Positions 57,943 to 64,000 of a stretch of DNA of 64,000 bases are shown here, piece by piece. Location of the stretch: assembly GCA_050945075.1 (NCBI GenBank), contig JBMNSG010000002.1:5963-69962 (forward strand). Direction: 5' to 3'. A program made the translations under genes and the position numbers. Numbering within the stretch: the first letter of the stretch is position 1; each line of letters opens with the position of its first letter. The notes under the pieces were generated by a model. That model did not search any database. It was given only the letters and a program-made list of their open reading frames with translations, and was not told the origin of the DNA. Origin of the DNA: Eubacteriaceae bacterium (GTDB taxonomy: Bacteria; Bacillota; Clostridia; Eubacteriales; Eubacteriaceae).

Positions 57943-58868
57943 AGAAAATTGCTACCAGAGAAAGCTACGGGAAGGCACTGACCGAGCTCGGAGATACCAA
58001 TCCGGATATTGTTGTACTCGATGCTGACCTTGCAGCGGCCACCAAGACCGGCATGTTCAAAAAAGCGCATCCGGAACGTTTCGTGGACTGCGGAATTGCC
58101 GAAGGCAATATGGCAGGAATCGCTGCAGGACTGGCAGCTTCCGGCAAAATACCGTTTTTCAGCACTTTCGCGATGTTTGCTGCAGGACGTGCGTTTGAAC
58201 AGGTTCGCAACTCGATCGGTTACCCGCATCTGAATGTTAAAATCGGCGCGACCCATGCCGGTATTTCAGTCGGCGAAGACGGTGCGACCCACCAGTGCCT
58301 GGAAGATATCGCACTGATGCGTACCATTCCGGGAATGACAGTCATCAGCCCTTCAGATGATATTGAAGCACGGGCTGCTGTCAAAGCAGCTGCAGAAATG
58401 GAAGGCCCGGTTTACATGCGTTTCGGCCGTCTGGCTGTTCCTGTCATTAACGATACTCCGGATTACAAATTTGAAATCGGCAAGGGAATTGTTCTGCGCG
58501 ACGGCAAAGACCTGACCATTGTTGTAACCGGACTGCCGGTAAGCAACGCGCTGGAAGCAGCAGATAAACTGGCGAACGATGGAATTAATGCACGTGTCAT
58601 TAATATTCACACCATTAAACCGCTGGATAAGGAACTGATTGCCAAAGCTGCCCGTGAAACAGGCAAAATCGTGACCGTTGAAGAACATAACGTGATCGGA
58701 GGACTGGGCAGTGCAGTTGCCGAAGCCGTTACAGAAAGCTGCCCGGTTCCGGTACAGCGTATCGGCGTATACGACCAGTTCGGAGAATCCGGACCGGCGC
58801 TGGAACTTCTGGCTAAATACGGCCTGGATACAGAAGGCATCTACAGACAGATCAAAGAAAACATGTAA
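57930..58868 (+). CDS. Transketolase, C-terminal (pyrimidine-binding) subunit
   Basis: 312 aa. FVDCGIAEGNM motif. Overlaps the N-terminal subunit gene by 13 nt. Confidence 0.9.
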   Translation: MSEVKKIATRESYGKALTELGDTNPDIVVLDADLAAATKTGMFKKAHPERFVDCGIAEGNMAGIAAGLAASGKIPFFSTFAMFAAGRAFEQVRNSIGYPHLNVKIGATHAGISVGEDGATHQCLEDIALMRTIPGMTVISPSDDIEARAAVKAAAEMEGPVYMRFGRLAVPVINDTPDYKFEIGKGIVLRDGKDLTIVVTGLPVSNALEAADKLANDGINARVINIHTIKPLDKELIAKAARETGKIVTVEEHNVIGGLGSAVAEAVTESCPVPVQRIGVYDQFGESGPALELLAKYGLDTEGIYRQIKENM

Positions 58869-58909
58869 AATCTGTACAGCAATGTATAAGAAGAATACGA
58901 GAGAATGAA

Positions 58910-58950
58910 AAGAAGCTCTGGATCATGAAGATCCAGAGCTTCTTTTTTTA
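58910..58950. terminator. Bidirectional terminator
   Basis: aagaagctctggatc / atgaa / gatccagagcttctt followed by a T-run. Confidence 0.85.
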
Positions 58951-59538
58951 TTACATCCACAGTCCCCACATAGGCAGGAGACCGTAAAAAATCAGTCCGA
59001 ATCCGGCGCAGATACAGATAAGCAGAATCGGATGGAGTTTGAATTTATAATAACTGAAGGCAGCCAGCGCACAGCAGACAACCGCTTTCCAGTCAATATG
59101 AGCCAGTGAGAAGTCCGTCAGGCTGGTGTCGAGGACGTTGCTGATGAACAGCGTGAACACAGCGGACAGAATCAGTGCGATAACAACCGGCATCATCCCG
59201 TAAAGCGCTGCTTTGACATACTTATTATCCGCGAAATCCTTCATCCACCGCGCAATCAGCAGGATGATGATAAAGGAAGGCAGGGTCACGCCCAGAATAG
59301 TTGCCAGTGCACCGGGGATTCCAGCCACCTTCATCCCGACAAATGTCGAGGTGTTGACGGCGAAAGGTCCGGGTGTGGATTCAGCAACAGCAATAAAATC
59401 AGTAAACTGCTGCATGTTGATCCAGTGGTAGTTATTGACAATCTCCTGCTGGATCAGCGGGATCATGGCATAGCCGCCGCCGATGGTAAAGAGACCGATT
59501 TTAAAATAAACGGCGAAAAGCGTCCACAGAATATTCAC
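58951..59538 (-). CDS. Chromate transporter (ChrA) family protein, half-size
   Basis: 195 aa. GLFTIGGGYAMIPLI motif. Confidence 0.85.
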   Translation of the reverse strand: MNILWTLFAVYFKIGLFTIGGGYAMIPLIQQEIVNNYHWINMQQFTDFIAVAESTPGPFAVNTSTFVGMKVAGIPGALATILGVTLPSFIIILLIARWMKDFADNKYVKAALYGMMPVVIALILSAVFTLFISNVLDTSLTDFSLAHIDWKAVVCCALAAFSYYKFKLHPILLICICAGFGLIFYGLLPMWGLWM

Positions 59539-60131
59539 TGGACACCTCCGTCACTCTTTGTGGCATCATCTTTTTTATCATAGGCGTGGGTGATGCCAAT
59601 CTGCCAGATTATTCCGAGTACAGCGCCGGCCAGGATAATCCAGATTACTGAAAGGCTGGTAAACGTGGCAACCAGAAAAGAAATCAGCAGGACAATCATG
59701 GTAAAGGTATTGACCGACAAGGTTTTACGCATACGCATGACCGCATCGAAGATCAGGACAATAACGCCAGCCCGGATTCCCATGAATGCGTAGCTGACCC
59801 ATTTCAGTGCCAGGAAGGCATCCAGAAAAAAGGAAATGATGACGATGATGACGAATGAAGGAATCGTTACACCCAGTGTTGCCAGTACAGATCCCCAGAA
59901 TCCGCCTACCGCATAACCGACATAGGTCGCGGTATTGACTGCGATCACCCCGGGCGTGGCCTGGGAGATGGCAATCATATCCATATACTGTTTTTCAGTA
60001 ATCCATTTTTTCCGGTCCACTACCTCAATTTCCACCATTGAGATCATGGCGTAGCCGCCGCCAAAGGTAAAGGCGCCGATTTTCAAGAATGACCAGAACA
60101 GCTCCAGAAGCCTGTGATGATTGGTGTTCAT
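59535..60131 (-). CDS. Chromate transporter (ChrA) family protein, half-size
   Basis: 198 aa. GAFTFGGGYAMISM motif. Overlaps its partner by 4 nt. Confidence 0.85.
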   Translation of the reverse strand: MNTNHHRLLELFWSFLKIGAFTFGGGYAMISMVEIEVVDRKKWITEKQYMDMIAISQATPGVIAVNTATYVGYAVGGFWGSVLATLGVTIPSFVIIVIISFFLDAFLALKWVSYAFMGIRAGVIVLIFDAVMRMRKTLSVNTFTMIVLLISFLVATFTSLSVIWIILAGAVLGIIWQIGITHAYDKKDDATKSDGGVQ

Positions 60132-60203
60132 TAGACGAACCTCTCAGATATTTTCTGCATACAGGGAATTTACCGCGAAACGGATTAATCTAACAGAATA
60201 TCT

Positions 60204-61439
60204 TTAATAACGGTTGTCGAAAACACGGGTAGACTTCTTTTCGCTTCGGGGAAGGTCTTCGAGATCTACAGGCATAACGTGTGTGAGAATTCCTATTTTC
60301 TGTTTGAAACGGTCTTTAATATCATTTTCCACAGCGTATTTGTTGGCTCCGGGTACGGTTTCGACAAACAGGGTGCAGATATCCTTGCCATTGACATGAT
60401 CGATCATAAACTGGTATTCGCTGCTCGCTCCGTCTACACCGGCGATGACTTCTTCGATCTGTCCGGGGAAGATGTTCACGCCCTTGACCTTGATCATATC
60501 GTCGGTACGACCGAGGATGGTATCAATTCTCGGATAGGGGCTGCCGCATTCGCAGTCTCCGGGAATAAAACGGGTCAGATCATGGGTTCTGAAACGGATA
60601 AGCGGTGCGCCTTCTTTTTCGAGGGTGGTGATGACCAGTTCGCCCATTTCTCCGTCAGGGAGAATTTCTCCGGTTTTCGGGTCGATGATTTCGCAGTAGA
60701 CATAGTCGTCCCAGATGTGCATACCGCATTCGTAATCGCAGGAAATACCGATTCCGGGGCCATACACTTCGGTCAGGCCATATACGTCGTAGAGCTTGAC
60801 GCCCAGTTCACGGGCGATCCGCTTTCTCATTTTTTCGCCCCAGCGTTCCGATCCGATAATTCCCTTTTTAAGCTGGATCTTGTCACCGATACCGCGCTTG
60901 GCAATTTCTTCTGCCAGCAGCAGGGCATAAGAGGATGTTGCGCACAGTACAGTGGCCTTCAGGTCCTCCATCATCTTGAGCTGCTTGTCGGTATTGCCCG
61001 GTCCCATCGGGATTACCATGGCGCCCATGCGTTCGGCACCGTTCTGGAAGCCTATTCCGGCTGTCCACAGTCCATAGCCGGGGGTAATCTGGACGCGGTC
61101 AAGATTGGTGAGTCCTGCGGTCCGGTAGCAGCGGGCGAACATTTCTGCCCAGTCGTTTACGTCTTTGGCTGTATAAGGAATAATTACAGGTGTGCCGGTC
61201 GTTCCGGATGATGAGTGAATTCTGACGATCTGCTCGTCCGGAACTGCCTGCAGTCCCAGCGGATAGGCGTTTCTCAAATCGCCCTTGTCTGAGAAAGGCA
61301 GGGTTTCAAAAGCTTCCTGTGAGTCGATGTCATCGATGTCGATGTCTTTGAATTTCTCAGCATAAAAGCCACCTTCAATCTTCATCAGTTTCTCGAGCTG
61401 ACTTTTAATACGATCAAATTGCTCCGGTTTCATTTTCAT
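60204..61439 (-). CDS. Phenylacetate-CoA ligase family protein (PaaK/F390-synthetase-like adenylate-forming enzyme)
   Basis: 411 aa. SSGTTGTP AMP-binding motif and a YGLTE motif. Confidence 0.82.
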   Translation of the reverse strand: MKMKPEQFDRIKSQLEKLMKIEGGFYAEKFKDIDIDDIDSQEAFETLPFSDKGDLRNAYPLGLQAVPDEQIVRIHSSSGTTGTPVIIPYTAKDVNDWAEMFARCYRTAGLTNLDRVQITPGYGLWTAGIGFQNGAERMGAMVIPMGPGNTDKQLKMMEDLKATVLCATSSYALLLAEEIAKRGIGDKIQLKKGIIGSERWGEKMRKRIARELGVKLYDVYGLTEVYGPGIGISCDYECGMHIWDDYVYCEIIDPKTGEILPDGEMGELVITTLEKEGAPLIRFRTHDLTRFIPGDCECGSPYPRIDTILGRTDDMIKVKGVNIFPGQIEEVIAGVDGASSEYQFMIDHVNGKDICTLFVETVPGANKYAVENDIKDRFKQKIGILTHVMPVDLEDLPRSEKKSTRVFDNRY

Positions 61440-61513
61440 AGTTTTCTCCGTATAGTATCAATAATATCGAAATAAATGTGCATTCGGAATCAGCGAAATA
61501 TGGAAAACAGAAA

Positions 61514-61541
61514 TAAAAAAGCGCCTGAATATTCAGGCGCT
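61514..61541 (-). terminator. Terminator of pckA
   Basis: gcgcctgaat/attcaggcgc palindrome, with a T-run on the minus strand. Confidence 0.8.
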
Positions 61542-61554
61542 TTCATCTCCGGTC

Positions 61555-63126
61555 TTATTGTTCGTCCGGAACAGGTCCGGCGGATACAACTTCTTCCGGC
61601 ATATTATCGTATTTCCTGAAATTTTCGATGAAGGCATCTGCCAGTTTCCTTGCCATTTTATCATAGGCTTGCGAATCTTCCCACATTCCGCGGGCATCGA
61701 GTTTTTCGTCAGGAACACCCGGGCAGCTTGTCGGGACATCGACATTGAAAACAGGATCGTGTTTGTATTCGACATTTTTCAGGCTGCCGTCAATGGCAGC
61801 ATCAACCATGGCTCTGGTGAGCGGCAGGTCCATCCGTTTTCCGACGCCGTACTGTCCGCCGGCCCATCCGGTATTGACCAGGTAGACATCGCAGTCATAT
61901 TCGTCAATTCGTTCACCGAGCAGTTCTGCGTAACGTGCAGCCGGCAGCGGCAGGAATGGAGCAGCGAAGCAGGTGCTGAAGGTAGCCTGAGGTTCGGTAA
62001 TGCCGCGTTCGGTTCCGGCCAGTTTGCTGGTGTATCCGGAAACAAAATAGTACATCGCCTGGTTTTTATCCAGCTTTGAGATCGGAGGCAGTACACCAAA
62101 AGCATCGGCTGTCAGGAATACGACTGTCGAAGGCTGTCCGCCGATACTCGGGATAACCGCATTGGAGATATAGTTGAGCGGGTAGCCGGTACGTGTGTTT
62201 TCTGTATAGGTGCTGTCGCTGTAGTCAGGCGTTCCGTTTTCGTCATAAACGACGTTTTCGACAACGGCACCTGTCTTGATGGCATCCCAGATTTCCGGTT
62301 CGCGTTCACGGGTCAGGTCAATACATTTTGCATAACAGCCGCCTTCAAAATTGAATACGCCGTTGGGACCCCAGCCATGTTCGTCATCGCCGATCAGACG
62401 TCTCTTGGGATTAGCGGAAAGGGTGGTTTTACCGGTTCCTGAAAGTCCGAAGAAAATAGCGGTATCGCCGTCATCGCCCATATTGGCTGAGCAGTGCATC
62501 GGGAATACGCCTTTATCCGGCAGCAGGTAGTTCATAACCGAGAAGATTGATTTCTTAATTTCACCGCAGTACTGGGAGCCGGCAACCAGAATGACCTTCT
62601 TCTTCAGGTCAATAATGATAGCAGCTTCAGAGTGGACACCGTCTGCTTCCGGATCGCATTTATAATAAGGTGCTGCGACAACAGTGAATTCCGGATCGAT
62701 TTTCTGTGATCCCGGGGGAGTAATAAACAGATTGTTTACGAACAGATTCTGATAAGCGGCTTCGGTAACGACACGAAGCGGCAGTCTGAATTCTTCATCT
62801 GCACCTGCCCAGCCGTCATAAACATAGATCTTTTTGCCTTCCAGATAGCGGACGACCTTGTTATAAAGACGGTCAAACTTATTCTGGGAAATCGGGACGT
62901 TGACTTTGCCCCATTCGACCACATCATGGGATGCTTCGTTGTCAACGATATAACGGTCGTCAGGAGATCTTCCTGTATATTTGCCGGTAAATACAGAAAG
63001 TGCACCGGTATCGGTCAGATGGCCTTCCTGCTGTGCAAGTGCTTCTTCAATGAGACGGATTTTGTTCAGATTAACCGGAACGCCGTCCTTTTGAATACCA
63101 AGATAATTTAAATCTGCAGTTTTCAT
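61555..63126 (-). CDS. pckA: Phosphoenolpyruvate carboxykinase (ATP)
   Basis: 523 aa. [13 protein letters not shown] kinase-1a motif and IGDDEHGW. Confidence 0.93.
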   Translation of the reverse strand: MKTADLNYLGIQKDGVPVNLNKIRLIEEALAQQEGHLTDTGALSVFTGKYTGRSPDDRYIVDNEASHDVVEWGKVNVPISQNKFDRLYNKVVRYLEGKKIYVYDGWAGADEEFRLPLRVVTEAAYQNLFVNNLFITPPGSQKIDPEFTVVAAPYYKCDPEADGVHSEAAIIIDLKKKVILVAGSQYCGEIKKSIFSVMNYLLPDKGVFPMHCSANMGDDGDTAIFFGLSGTGKTTLSANPKRRLIGDDEHGWGPNGVFNFEGGCYAKCIDLTREREPEIWDAIKTGAVVENVVYDENGTPDYSDSTYTENTRTGYPLNYISNAVIPSIGGQPSTVVFLTADAFGVLPPISKLDKNQAMYYFVSGYTSKLAGTERGITEPQATFSTCFAAPFLPLPAARYAELLGERIDEYDCDVYLVNTGWAGGQYGVGKRMDLPLTRAMVDAAIDGSLKNVEYKHDPVFNVDVPTSCPGVPDEKLDARGMWEDSQAYDKMARKLADAFIENFRKYDNMPEEVVSAGPVPDEQ

Positions 63127-63394
63127 AAACTATTTACTCCCCCTTACAGGTTTCTGCGCTGGAATTTCGCAGATGATATTGAATTCAAACGGATGACTAT
63201 TTATTCATCCGGAGTGTCCGTCTGATTCCTGATGTTGCATTGCCTGATTTAGTATCAACAACCAGTATAGCATAAAAGGATTACACAGTGGGCATAAACA
63301 AACGTTTTACAGCGATATGTCTTTATTATAGCGGGACAACTGTCTTTCTACCTGAAACAGTGAAATGATTGTCTTTGATATTATCAAAGAATAG

Positions 63395-63433
63395 AAAAAG
63401 AACCGGGACGAATTTATCGCATCGGTTCTTTTT
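63395..63433 (-). terminator. Terminator of the telA-like gene
   Basis: agaaccg / 17-nt loop / cggttct, flanked by A- and T-runs. Confidence 0.6.
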
Positions 63434-63464
63434 ATGCACTAAAACTGAATATTTATTACTGACT

Positions 63465-64000
63465 TCAGACGTTTGTCTGTTTTCTGGAGAGGTCGAGCAT
63501 TTTCTGCTTGAGTTCTGCTTCGATCTGAGCCATTTCCTTTTCTGCTTCCGCACGTTTCTGTCGTCCGTCTGACTGGATCTGCATGACTTCGTCGAAAGTG
63601 GAGATCAGATCAGAATTGGTCTGTTTGAGTGTTTCAATATCGACAATTCCGCGTTCGGATTCTTTGGCAATATTGATGCTTTCGGTTTTGAGCATTTCCG
63701 AATTCTTCTTCAGCAGTGAATTTGTCATATCCGTGACCTCTCTCTGCGCCTTGGCAGCCTGTCCGGAGTGAGCCAGTCCCAGAGCAAGAGCCATCTGGCT
63801 TTTCCAGAGCGGAATGGTATTGACCAGTGAACTCTGGATTTTTTCGGCCATCAGAGTATCGTTATTCTGGATCTGTCTGATCTGCGGAGCCATCTGCAGG
63901 GCGATAATCCTCGTGAGTTCCAGATCGTGGATCTTCTTGTCAAAACGGTCAATCATCTGGGAATAATCATTGGCAGCCTGAGTGTCTTCAGGCAGCTTCG
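63465..64000 (-). CDS. Toxic anion resistance (TelA/YaaN) family protein, C-terminal part; the gene runs off the window
   Basis: The frame stays open to the window edge. The coiled-coil-rich C-terminus (LGLAHSGQAAKAQREVTDMT ... ETLKQTN) resembles the TelA family. Confidence 0.7.
   Translation of the reverse strand, partial: KLPEDTQAANDYSQMIDRFDKKIHDLELTRIIALQMAPQIRQIQNNDTLMAEKIQSSLVNTIPLWKSQMALALGLAHSGQAAKAQREVTDMTNSLLKKNSEMLKTESINIAKESERGIVDIETLKQTNSDLISTFDEVMQIQSDGRQKRAEAEKEMAQIEAELKQKMLDLSRKQTNV

Noticed and set aside
60279-61211. 310-aa + strand ORF
   Set aside because: It is antisense to the PaaK-like ligase gene.

Overview
Reading by gene content only, this is a chromosomal segment from an anaerobic, butyrate-forming Bacillota (Firmicutes)-type genome; the genus cannot be named from the sequence. 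No transposase, integrase, CRISPR array or rRNA is visible. Translation fits code 11, and TAG, TAA and TGA all act as stops. Gene order: ZIP metal transporter and endonuclease IV; a polyphosphate block (ROK glucokinase, degenerate Ppx-like paralogue, PPK1, canonical Ppx); exonuclease III; a complete colinear butyrate pathway (thl-crt-hbd-bcd-etfB-etfA-but); proA-rlmH; tRNA-Pro; bifunctional GshF; a cell-envelope glycosylation cluster; a thioesterase-patatin-GlgB operon; SRAP peptidase; an L,D-transpeptidase; NfnAB; a rubredoxin gene missing from the ORF track; DUF5131; a divergent damage-response module; an ArsR-HMA-P1B-ATPase metal module; glpF and a G3P dehydrogenase-like gene; tRNA-Arg; a small ORF with an in-frame TAG; a GH3 NagZ-like enzyme; an amino-acid ABC transporter; gldA-sorC-split transketolase; split ChrA; a PaaK-like ligase; pckA; and a partial telA. 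The strongest candidate for an undescribed system is the damage-response module at 39574-42866. There an HTH-S24 self-cleaving repressor is co-operonic with a KTSC protein and a stand-alone homologue of the HD domain of CCA-adding enzyme, and faces a Y-family polymerase plus an 87-aa partner. Other notable items are the pseudo-Ppx paralogue, a K/D/S-rich repeat insertion in PPK1, an orphan promoter-terminator pair (candidate sRNA), and several tandem repeats. Low-complexity extensions recur in PPK1, the L,D-transpeptidase, GlgB and the GH3 enzyme. All functional calls rest on recalled family motifs, not on database searches.
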